The notes under the pieces: model-generated
What the model was told of the DNA's origin: nothing
What the model saw: the letters and a program-made list of their open reading frames with translations, nothing else
Database searches by the model: none
Made by a program: the position numbers and the translations under genes
Shown: in pieces, positions 48,658 to 57,199 of the stretch
Layout: every line of letters starts with the position of its first letter
Position numbering within the stretch: the stretch's first letter is position 1
Assembly: GCA_964436005.1 (NCBI GenBank)
Contig: CAYTBK010000006.1
Location: 2,212-66,211, forward strand
Direction of reading: 5' to 3'
Length of the DNA: 64,000 nucleotides
From: an uncultured Acidobacteriota bacterium
GTDB lineage: Bacteria; Acidobacteriota; JAAYUB01

Positions 48658-49425
48658 TCAGAAAAGAGCCCCGACAATTTCCCAGAGCGCGCCGCGGATG
48701 CGCAGCGCTTCGCCCTCCGAGGGGAGGAGGCCTTCGAAGAAGTTGCCTCCCCCGTCCCCCCAGAAGTCGCAGGGCGCCGGGATGACGGCCATCCCCTGGT
48801 TGCGGAAGGCCAGGACGGACCGGCGCATGTGGATGGCCGAAGTGACCAGGACCGGCCGGCGCCAGGCGTTTCGCTTCATCAGGGCCACGCACCGGGTTGC
48901 GTTTTCCGCCGTGTTCCGGCTTTCGGTTTCCCGGACGATGCGCGACGGGTCCACCCCGAGGGCGGCCAGGTAGGAAGCCAGGGCTTCGGCTTCCACCGTG
49001 TTGCCGGCGAAGACGGCGCCGCCCGAGACGATGACGGGCAGGGGCCGGGCCCGGTACAGCTTGGCGGCCTCCGCCGCCCGGGCGGCGGAGATGGTCGAGG
49101 GTTCCCCCTTCGTTGTGGCCAGGCTCATCCGGGAATCGTGGTTGACACCTGCCAACAACAGCACGTAGCAGTCGCCTTGCTGCAGCTGGTCGGGCGTGAC
49201 GGCCCGGAAGGAGGATTCCACCCGGGCGCAGAGGAAGGTGCGGACGGGACGGGTGGACAGGAGGTACGTCAGGCCGGCGAAACAGAACAGCGCGACGGCC
49301 AGGCGCTTCCGGAAACGGTCGCCGGGCCGGCGGAGGCAAAGGATCCCCAACCCCGCCAGCAGGGTGACGTAGAGCCCGGGCGGGAAGACGAAGGCGGCGA
49401 CTGTTTTCTGCAGGTAAAACAACAT
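48658..49425 (-). CDS. YdcF/DUF218 family protein
   Basis: ESRNTAENA motif. Confidence 0.7.
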   Translation of the reverse strand: MLFYLQKTVAAFVFPPGLYVTLLAGLGILCLRRPGDRFRKRLAVALFCFAGLTYLLSTRPVRTFLCARVESSFRAVTPDQLQQGDCYVLLLAGVNHDSRMSLATTKGEPSTISAARAAEAAKLYRARPLPVIVSGGAVFAGNTVEAEALASYLAALGVDPSRIVRETESRNTAENATRCVALMKRNAWRRPVLVTSAIHMRRSVLAFRNQGMAVIPAPCDFWGDGGGNFFEGLLPSEGEALRIRGALWEIVGALF

Positions 49426-49489
49426 GGCGGTCGCGGGGCGCCCGGCGGACCTTGCTCCGCCAGGCCGGGGGAACGGCCGGGGTTGCCGT

Positions 49490-50197
49490 TCAGCTTCTGG
49501 ATTCCATCATCTTCTTGCGCATCTGCTCGCGCTTCTGTTCCCGGTCGGCTTCGAATTTCTGCCACTGTTCGGGCGTGAAGATCTTCTTCAGCTCGGCCTC
49601 GGTTTCGTCCACCGACGCTTTCGCCTCGCGCAACCGGCGCAGTCCGCCCCGCCGGAAGCCGCGCTGGCCGTCGGCCTCCTGCTTTTCCTGGGCGGCCTGC
49701 TGGAAAGCGTCCATCAGGAACCCGACTTCCTTGGCGATGACCGGTCGGCAGGCCTTGGCCTGGTCGTCGCTGAGCCCGTACTTCTCCTGCATCCGGCCGG
49801 CGATGCGGGTGGCCGCGAGGTCCTGCGCCAGGTTCTGGGACTCCTCGCGGATCTTTTCCCACTCCCCTTTCTGCGCCGGCGTCAGGATGGCCTGGAAGGA
49901 TTCCTGGAACTTCTGCAGGGCCTCCATCATTTCCTTCGCGGTCTCGCGCTTGCTCTCCCTGTCGCTGGCCTCCATCTTTTCGGCCAGCGGTTCGAACTTG
50001 TCGGCCAACTGGTCGACGAGGCCCTTCACGGACGTCTTCTGGGCGTCGGTCAGATTGAGGCGGGTTTTCCAGCCCTCGACCTGGGCCAGCAGTTCGGGCG
50101 GAATTTTGGGGATGGGCCTGGCCTGGGCGAAGGCGGGGATCGCGACGAACGCCATCGTGGCCGCCACCAGGGCGAATCTGGCAAGACTCCTGTTCAT
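49490..50197 (-). CDS. Periplasmic LTXXQ-motif protein (Spy/CpxP-like)
   Basis: Signal peptide; LNLTDAQK, LTPAQK; AAGGAGG RBS. Confidence 0.6.
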   Translation of the reverse strand: MNRSLARFALVAATMAFVAIPAFAQARPIPKIPPELLAQVEGWKTRLNLTDAQKTSVKGLVDQLADKFEPLAEKMEASDRESKRETAKEMMEALQKFQESFQAILTPAQKGEWEKIREESQNLAQDLAATRIAGRMQEKYGLSDDQAKACRPVIAKEVGFLMDAFQQAAQEKQEADGQRGFRRGGLRRLREAKASVDETEAELKKIFTPEQWQKFEADREQKREQMRKKMMESRS

Positions 50198-50360
50198 AGG
50201 GCTACCTCCTTCAAGGCTGGAGTGTTGATGCTGCAGGGTAAAGGAAGGCGGATGCCCTTGTCAATGGCGGGGAGAGCGCCGGCGGGGAAATGGCCGGGGA
50301 TTCGTCCGGGGAGGCGGAAGGGGAGGCGGCGCTCCCCGGGGGAGCGCCGCCCCGCGTTGG

Positions 50361-52232
50361 TCACTGCTTCTTTTCGACGGGGGCGGCGGCCTGCGGCGCG
50401 GCGCTCTTCTCCATCGGAACGGGGGCCTTTTCCACTGGCTGCTTGGCCATCAGGTACTCGTGCATGCCGGTGAAGACCATGGCCATGATTCCTTCGAGGG
50501 TGGAGGCGGGCATCTCGCCGATGGAGACGAAGCCCGCCGGGCCGGCGTAGGAGACGCCGAAGCCCTGGCCGGGGGCGAAGAAGCCCTTGGCCTTCAGCGC
50601 GTCAACCTTGGCGGCGATTCCGGGGATGGGGAAGTGAACCGACAAATCCGCGCCGTAGCGGGAGTAGGAGAAGCCCTTGGCCGCTTCCTTCCGGGCGCTT
50701 TCCCACCGGGCCTTCACTTCGGGGTTCTCGACCAGGAACTTCTTGGATATGAGACCGTTCCGGATGACGGCGATGGCGTCGGCCGACGGGGAGACGAAGA
50801 ACACGTCCCGCGCCAGCAGGCCGTGGACGACGACGTCCTTGTCGCCCTTGAAGACGAAGGTGTAGCGCTTTCCTTCGGCGACGGGGTCCACCAGGACCTG
50901 CGCGCCGAACTGTTTGGTGAGGGCGGCGCCGATCCGGTCGATGGCGGTCGGGTCCTTGGGCACGCAGAAGGCCGTGTTGAAGGGCAGCAACTGGAGCATC
51001 GGAATGTCCAGTTTGTCCTTGCCGGCCTGCAGGAAACCGAGTTCGCTGCCGCAGGTGGCGAAGATGTCGCCCTGGAGGGAGAGCCCGGTCTGAGCTGTCA
51101 ATCCAGACTCGAAAATTCCGATCATGGTGGCGATCCCCGCGCCGAAGGACTTGACGATCTCGTCCTTGACCATGGTGTACAGGCCGCCGATGTCGACGAT
51201 CATGTCGGCGCCCATGGAAGTGTCGGCCGGGAAGAGGTCGGCGGCCTTGAGCGTGGTCCCTTCCAGCGTCCGGGTGTAGCGGTTGATCATGCCCTGGCCG
51301 TCGGCCAGGCCCAGGGAGACGATGGATTTGCAGACGCCGTCCTTCTCGCAGAGGACCATCTGGATGTCCCGGATGGAGTCCAGGCCGATCCCGGCGATGA
51401 ACTGGCGGATTTTCTCGGGCGGGAACATGGCCTTGAGGGCGGCCTGGGCCGCCTGGGCGGCGGCTTCTTCCCCGCCTTCGGGCCGGGCGGCGGCGTCATC
51501 GCTTTCCGGGGCCGGGGCTTCCTTCTTGTTGTCCAGATTTTTCAGGATCATGTCGGTCACGGCGCCGACCCACTCGCCGAACTGGCCGCCCCGGACGAGC
51601 AGGCGGATCTTGACGTCCTGATTCTCGACGTGCACGTTCTTGCAGGCGGGGCCGGGCCACTCGAAGCAGCCGGCGCTGGCCCGCAGGGCGGCGATCATCT
51701 CGGGCAGTTCGTACTGGTAGGCGAAAATCAGCAGGCCTTCCCCGACGGCGATGTACTTGTTCTCGGCCGGGCGGGTCTCGCTGGCCGGTGTCTTGTCGGC
51801 GATCAGGGAGAAGGGGCCGAGCTTGGTGGCCTTTTCCAGTTCCGGCTTCAGCAGGGCCTGGACGGCGTTCTCGAGCTTCGGGCTGCCGATGTGGAGAACC
51901 AGCACGCCCCTGGGGGCGATGGCCCGGGTGGCCGGGTCGTAGAACCGGACGGCGGCCTGGATGTTCGACTTGGCCAGGTCGTCGACGTCGGCCGCCGTCA
52001 GGGTGAAGGCGGGGTCTTTCAGGGCCTTGGCCAGGGCGGGGCCGCCGTGGGTGACGAACAGTTCCTGGTAGCCGAGGGCCTTCATGACGTCGTTGAACAT
52101 GGTGAGGTCCCTGACCTGCAACACGATCTGGGCGTCCTGCGGGATGAAGTAGCGCAGGTCGGCCGGGAGGGCCGCCAGGCAGCTTACGGTGAGCAGAAAG
52201 AGCAAAAGCAGGAAAATACCTTTTCTTTTCAT
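50361..52232 (-). CDS. Secreted hypothetical protein (623 aa)
   Basis: Signal peptide MKRKGIFLLLLFLLTVSCLA; AAGGAG RBS. Confidence 0.6.
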   Translation of the reverse strand: MKRKGIFLLLLFLLTVSCLAALPADLRYFIPQDAQIVLQVRDLTMFNDVMKALGYQELFVTHGGPALAKALKDPAFTLTAADVDDLAKSNIQAAVRFYDPATRAIAPRGVLVLHIGSPKLENAVQALLKPELEKATKLGPFSLIADKTPASETRPAENKYIAVGEGLLIFAYQYELPEMIAALRASAGCFEWPGPACKNVHVENQDVKIRLLVRGGQFGEWVGAVTDMILKNLDNKKEAPAPESDDAAARPEGGEEAAAQAAQAALKAMFPPEKIRQFIAGIGLDSIRDIQMVLCEKDGVCKSIVSLGLADGQGMINRYTRTLEGTTLKAADLFPADTSMGADMIVDIGGLYTMVKDEIVKSFGAGIATMIGIFESGLTAQTGLSLQGDIFATCGSELGFLQAGKDKLDIPMLQLLPFNTAFCVPKDPTAIDRIGAALTKQFGAQVLVDPVAEGKRYTFVFKGDKDVVVHGLLARDVFFVSPSADAIAVIRNGLISKKFLVENPEVKARWESARKEAAKGFSYSRYGADLSVHFPIPGIAAKVDALKAKGFFAPGQGFGVSYAGPAGFVSIGEMPASTLEGIMAMVFTGMHEYLMAKQPVEKAPVPMEKSAAPQAAAPVEKKQ

Positions 52233-52313
52233 ATAATTACTCCTTAAGATGATAGGGTCGGGGCCGATTTGGCATAATGTACCAGAAAGAGACGAAAAAC
52301 GGGCGGGGAAAGT

Positions 52314-53813
52314 TCACTCCGCGGTGAGGCCGAACCGTTTCAGCCGGTCGAGGAACGAGGGCCGGGTGATCCCGAGCAGCGCGGCGGCCCGGGTTCGGTT
52401 GCCTCCGGTCCTGTCCAGGGCGGCGCGCACCAACTGCTCTTCCAGGGCGTCCACGTTCCGGCGCAGGTCCAGGTCTTCCGGCGGGGCGGCGTTTTCCCGG
52501 GCCGGGGGCTCCGGGACGTCGCCGTCGCTTCCGCCTTCGACCGGCTCCTCGGCCAGGTTGGTGCCCTCGGTCAGGTAGCGGGACAGGCAGGCGGGGCCGA
52601 TGGGGGCCCCCGGTTCGGCCATGAGGGCCATGCGTTCCGCCTCGTTTTCCAGTTGGCGGACGTTGCCCGGCCAGGGGAGGCGTTCGAGGACCCGGTACGT
52701 CGCCTCGGCCACGGGAACGGGCCGGCAGCCGGACCGCTTCCAGGCCCGGTCGAGGAAGAACTCGGCCAGGGCCCGGATGTCGGCGGGGCGCTCCCGCAGG
52801 GGCGGCACCTCGAGCACAAACACGCTGAGGCGGAAGAACAGGTCCTCCCGGAAATTCCCCTTCTCCACTTCCGTGGCGAGGTCGCGGTTCGTGGAGGCGA
52901 TGATGCGCACGTCCACATTGACCGCGTGCTCCGCCCCCACGGGCCAGATCTCCCGGTTCTGCAAGGCCCGCAGCAGTTTGACCTGCAGTTCCAGGGGTGC
53001 CTCGCCGATCTCGTCCAGGAAGAGGGTCCCCCCCTCGGCCAGCTGGAAATAGCCCTTCCGGTTGGCGTGCGCCCCCGAAAAGGCGCCCTTCTGCCAACCG
53101 AAGAATTCGCTCTCCACCAGTTCGCGGGGGATGGCGCCGCAGTTCACCGCCACGAAGGGCCCTTTCCGCCGCGGGCTTCCCTGGTGGATCCGCCGGGCCA
53201 CCAGTTCCTTGCCGGTGCCCGTCTCGCCGGTCACGAGGACGGTGGACTCGGACCCGGCGATCTTGTCGGCCGAGCGAACCACGCTATCCATGGCCGGGCT
53301 CCGGAAGATGAAGTTGTCGGCGTCCATGAAGCGCTTGACGTCGTTCTTGAGGGCCCGGTTCTGGGCCTTGAGCTTCTCGTTGGCCTCGCGCAGCTCCTCG
53401 GCCAGGCGCCGGTTCTCCCGTTCCAGGTCCCGCTTCTCCAGGGCCTGGCGGACCACGATGCGCATCTCCTCGGGCTCCCAGGGCTTGGTGATGTAGCGGT
53501 AGACGTGGCCCTCGTTGATGGCGTCGATGAGGTCCTCGGTGTCAGTGTAGCCGGTGAGGATGATCCGCATGGCGTCCGGCCTGATGCGCAGAAAGCGCTT
53601 GAGCAGCTCCACGCCGCTCATGCGGGGCATGCGCTGGTCGGAGATGACCAGGTCGACATCGATCTTTTTGGCCAGGTCCAGGGCCTCCTCGGCCGAGGTG
53701 GCCTCGTAGACGCGGTAACGGCCCAGGAAGGTCCGCTTGAGCTTCTGCAGGTTGGCCGGCTCGTCGTCGACGACCAGCAGGGTGTGCCGGATTTCCGTTC
53801 CGTTTCCCGTCAT
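52314..53813 (-). CDS. Sigma-54-dependent response regulator (NtrC family: REC + AAA+ + HTH)
   Basis: C-terminal 499 aa of track ORF 52314..55430 from MTGNGTEIRHTLLVVDDEP; GETGTGKE, GAFSGA. Confidence 0.9.
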   Translation of the reverse strand: MTGNGTEIRHTLLVVDDEPANLQKLKRTFLGRYRVYEATSAEEALDLAKKIDVDLVISDQRMPRMSGVELLKRFLRIRPDAMRIILTGYTDTEDLIDAINEGHVYRYITKPWEPEEMRIVVRQALEKRDLERENRRLAEELREANEKLKAQNRALKNDVKRFMDADNFIFRSPAMDSVVRSADKIAGSESTVLVTGETGTGKELVARRIHQGSPRRKGPFVAVNCGAIPRELVESEFFGWQKGAFSGAHANRKGYFQLAEGGTLFLDEIGEAPLELQVKLLRALQNREIWPVGAEHAVNVDVRIIASTNRDLATEVEKGNFREDLFFRLSVFVLEVPPLRERPADIRALAEFFLDRAWKRSGCRPVPVAEATYRVLERLPWPGNVRQLENEAERMALMAEPGAPIGPACLSRYLTEGTNLAEEPVEGGSDGDVPEPPARENAAPPEDLDLRRNVDALEEQLVRAALDRTGGNRTRAAALLGITRPSFLDRLKRFGLTAE

Positions 53814-55966
53814 GATTCCGTTTCTCCTGTTTCGCCCGGCGGCGGGTCGTCCGACAGCGGCAGCTCGACGCGGAACACGGCACCGCCGCCCGGCTTGTTC
53901 CGCACCGTCAGGGCGCCTCCGTGCTGGCGGACGATGTTGTACGAAATGCTCAGGCCCAGGCCGGTGCCCTTGCCCACTTCCTTGGTCGTGAAGAAAGGTT
54001 CGAACACCCGCTGCAGGAGGTGTTCGGGGATGCCGGGGCCCGAATCGGCGATTTCCACGACCACGCGGTCCCCGCTGCACTCGGTCTTCACGCCGATCTC
54101 CCCCTCCCCCTCGATGGCCTGGACGGCATTCGTGAGCAGGTTCAGAAACACCTGCTCGATCTTGCCGGCGTGGGCCGAGACAGGCGGCAGGTCGGCGTAC
54201 GCCCGGGACACCCGGATGCGCTGCTTGTACTGGTTGCGCAGCAGGTTCAGGCACATGTCCAGCACCTTGCGCACGTCGATGGGCTGACGTGAGCCGGTGG
54301 GGGCCCGGGAGAAGGAGCGCAGGTCGTCCACGATGGCCCGGATCCTTTCGGCGCCTTCGTTCACGTTGTGCGCGATGGTCTTGAGGTCCTCGAGGATGAA
54401 GGGGATGTTGTGCTCCTCGGCGTAGGCGGCGAGGGCCTCCGCCGCGTCCGCCCGCCCGGCGCACTCGCCGGTGAAGCGGGTGTAGGCGGACACGGCGTCC
54501 ACGTACTCCTTCAGGAAGCCCGTGTTGCCGTAGATGAAGTTCAGGGGGTTCTTGATCTCGTGGGCGATGCCGGCCACCAGGCGGCCGAGGGAGGCCAGCT
54601 TCTCGCTGCGCACCAGGCTGTCCTGGGCCTCGCGCAGGTTCTTGAGCGCCGTGCGCAGGTCCATGTTGCTCTCTTCCAGTGCGTGGGTCCGCTCGAGCAC
54701 CTTCTCCTCGAGACGGCGGTTGGCCTCCTCCAGTTCCCGCTGCCGCTCCTCGATGGTCTCCGCCATGGCGTTGAACGCCTGGGCCAACTCGCCCAGCTCC
54801 CCGCCGGAGCGAACCTCCGCGCGCAGGTCGTGCTCTCCCTGGGAGAGCTTCCGGGCGAACATGGTCAGGTTCTTCATGGGCCGGCTGATGTTTCGGATGA
54901 GCAGGAAGGCCGTCAGGGCGATGAGGCTCAGCGTCGCCGCCCCGATGAGGGTGAAGGTGTAGTTCAGGCGGCCGATGGGGGCGAAGATCTCGGCGGCGCT
55001 CAGGGAAACCACTAGGATCCAGGCGGTTTCCGGCAGGCTGGCCCGGGCGATGCCGGCGAAGCGCCGGGTTCCCCTGACCTGGAATTCCATGGTGTCGGTG
55101 CGGTCGCGCAGGGCGGCCCGCACGGCGGCGGCCAGGTCGGCGGGGAGTTCCGTGCCCTCGGGCGGGGCGGGCGAGGGCACGCCCTTGCGGTTCTTGCGGG
55201 CCGGCGAGGCCATCACCTTCCGGGCGTCCCGGTCCAGCAGCAGGGCGTAGCCGGATTTCAGCCCCAGCTTGGCGAAGTCCGATTCCACCAGGTCCAGATT
55301 CCCCTGGACGAACTCCCAGTTCATGAAGGCCAGCAGCACGCCGGCCGCCTCGGGGTTGCCGTTTCGCCGGATGACGTGGGCGAAGGCCATCTGGGAGGCC
55401 ATGCTCTGGTCCCGCCGGTCGAAATCGCACAGGGCCCGGACGAGGGGGAAGGACGACACGGGGCCGGTGGCGGACCCTGCGGCCATGGCCCGGGCGACGA
55501 CGGCGGCCTCTTCGGGGAAGCGGCCGGCCAGGTCGGCCCCGGAAAGGGAGTCGCAGATTTTCTCGTCGAAGGGCGCTCCGAAACGGTTGACCGTGTTGAA
55601 GGCGGCGATGCGGCCGTGGGCGTCTACCAGCACCAGGAGGTCATACACTTCCTGGGTCCGGACCTTGTCGTTCAGGACCGCTTCCATGGGACCCAGGGGG
55701 ATCGAACCCTCTGCCGGGGCGAAAAGTTCGGCGAAACGCTGGTCCAGGGAGAGGGCCGCCGTCTCGGCCCGCCGCTCGGTGATCAGCAGGTCGATCTTGT
55801 CCGAGGCCTGCTGGGAAATGTGCCGGAGGTAGATCTCCACGCGGTCGTCCACGATGATCTGCCTGGACTGAAAATAGTACAGTGTGGATGAAACGAGCCA
55901 GGGCAGGGCGCTGGCCGCGGCCAGCGCCAGCAGAATCTTGACCCTCATGCTGCCGAAAATCCGCAT
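53810..55966 (-). CDS. Sensor histidine kinase (periplasmic sensing domain, HAMP, HisKA, HATPase_c)
   Basis: AHEIKNPLNFI H-box, GLGLSI G2 box; ATGA overlap with the regulator. Confidence 0.85.
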   Translation of the reverse strand: MRIFGSMRVKILLALAAASALPWLVSSTLYYFQSRQIIVDDRVEIYLRHISQQASDKIDLLITERRAETAALSLDQRFAELFAPAEGSIPLGPMEAVLNDKVRTQEVYDLLVLVDAHGRIAAFNTVNRFGAPFDEKICDSLSGADLAGRFPEEAAVVARAMAAGSATGPVSSFPLVRALCDFDRRDQSMASQMAFAHVIRRNGNPEAAGVLLAFMNWEFVQGNLDLVESDFAKLGLKSGYALLLDRDARKVMASPARKNRKGVPSPAPPEGTELPADLAAAVRAALRDRTDTMEFQVRGTRRFAGIARASLPETAWILVVSLSAAEIFAPIGRLNYTFTLIGAATLSLIALTAFLLIRNISRPMKNLTMFARKLSQGEHDLRAEVRSGGELGELAQAFNAMAETIEERQRELEEANRRLEEKVLERTHALEESNMDLRTALKNLREAQDSLVRSEKLASLGRLVAGIAHEIKNPLNFIYGNTGFLKEYVDAVSAYTRFTGECAGRADAAEALAAYAEEHNIPFILEDLKTIAHNVNEGAERIRAIVDDLRSFSRAPTGSRQPIDVRKVLDMCLNLLRNQYKQRIRVSRAYADLPPVSAHAGKIEQVFLNLLTNAVQAIEGEGEIGVKTECSGDRVVVEIADSGPGIPEHLLQRVFEPFFTTKEVGKGTGLGLSISYNIVRQHGGALTVRNKPGGGAVFRVELPLSDDPPPGETGETES

Positions 55967-55978
55967 GCGGAACGCTCC

Positions 55979-56737
55979 TCACGGTTCCACGACGCAGCTG
56001 TCGAAAGAAGGCAGGGCGGTGCGGAACTGGACGATCTCCGTCTTGTCGGATGTCTCGAACTCCTCGAAGGTTCCGTGAAAGCTGATCCGGCAGTCCTCGA
56101 TGAAGGCGACGCGGTCGGCCACCGTCCGGGCACAGGAGAGGTCGTGGGTGACGACGATGGACGTGATGCCGAGATCCTGCTGGAGGCTCCGGATCGTTTT
56201 GCTGATCATGCGGCCGGTGATGGGGTCGACGCCGGTGGTGGGCTCGTCGTAGAAGATGGCCAGGGGGTTGGCCGCGATGGCGCGGGCCATGGCCACCCGC
56301 TTCTTCATGCCGGTGCTGATCTCCTGGGGCATGAGGTCGGCGATGTCCTCGATTTCCAGACGGCGGAGGATCTCCATGACGCGCTCGGCGATCCTCTCTT
56401 CGTTCAACTCCGGGTTGTCCTCGATCGGGAAGGCCACGTTGTCGAAAACGCTGAGCGAGTCGAAGAGGGCGCCGGACTGGAAAACGTAGGAGAACCGCTT
56501 CCGCAGGCGGATGAGTTCACCCTCCGGCAGGCCGGCGATGTCCTGCCCGTTGATGAAGACTTCGCCCTCGTCAGGCTGGATGAGACCCGTGGCGATGAGG
56601 AGCGTGACGCTCTTGCCGATGCCGCTGCGGCCCATCAGGGCCAGGGTCTCCCCCTCCTCCACGGCGAGGTTGAATCCTTTCAGCACCTGGTTGTCGTCGA
56701 ATCTCTTGGCTACGTCGCGCAACTCGATCAGCGGCAT
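55979..56737 (-). CDS. ABC transporter ATP-binding protein (MlaF/Ttg2A-like), no adjacent permease
   Basis: MPLIELRDV...GRSGIGKSV...ISTGMKKRVAMARAIA...IFYDEPTTGVD; start at 56737. Confidence 0.8.
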   Translation of the reverse strand: MPLIELRDVAKRFDDNQVLKGFNLAVEEGETLALMGRSGIGKSVTLLIATGLIQPDEGEVFINGQDIAGLPEGELIRLRKRFSYVFQSGALFDSLSVFDNVAFPIEDNPELNEERIAERVMEILRRLEIEDIADLMPQEISTGMKKRVAMARAIAANPLAIFYDEPTTGVDPITGRMISKTIRSLQQDLGITSIVVTHDLSCARTVADRVAFIEDCRISFHGTFEEFETSDKTEIVQFRTALPSFDSCVVEP

Positions 56738-56794
56738 CCGTTCCTGCCTTTGCCCGGTGATAGTGGCAGGGCCATGGTAACACCTCGCCGCACC

Positions 56795-57199
56795 GGGTTC
56801 AAGCCGCACCTCGCGTTGCCTGTAGGCGCCTTGCGCTGCAAGGCGCACTCCCGTTCCGCACGGTTGCGCAAGGATTGTCGTGCGCCGGGGGGCTGCCCGA
56901 AGGTGCGCCTTCCGGCGGAAGGCGCCTCCGGCAGAGCGCCCGTTCCGCACGGCGGCGACGAAGCCGCAGGCCTTGGAGCGGCGCGGTCGAGGCCGGGGTA
57001 GCCCGCCCCTCGCCGAGGGGCGGGCCCTTCCATCGTTGCTTCCCTGTTTTCCGTTGCATTCCCCGGAGCCGCCTCTCGGCGAGAGGCGGCGTACCGAGCT
57101 CCGCCGGCATCCTGCCGGCATCTGCACCAGAGAACGTCGCTTTGCCCTGGGCCGGCTGGAAGCCGGCGGTCCCCGGGTGCGCCTGACGGCGGAACGCGC
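56795..57199. repeat. GC-rich mosaic of palindromic stem-loop repeats (block A); bounds approximate
   Basis: Stem-loops GCGCCTTGCGCTGCAAGGCGC, GGCGCCTTCCGGCGGAAGGCGCC, GCCGGCATCCTGCCGGC, GCCGGCTGGAAGCCGGC; segments 56822-56934 and 57101-57183 recur ~90% identical in block B. Confidence 0.7.

Noticed and set aside
52233-52313. Possible sigma-54 promoter (TGGTAC...GCC) upstream of secreted protein gene next to the sigma-54 response regulator
   Set aside because: GG-to-GC spacing is 10 not 12; does not fit the -24/-12 geometry
50460-54287. Plus-strand ORFs 50460..52247 and 52653..54287
   Set aside because: Antisense to the secreted-protein, response-regulator and kinase genes
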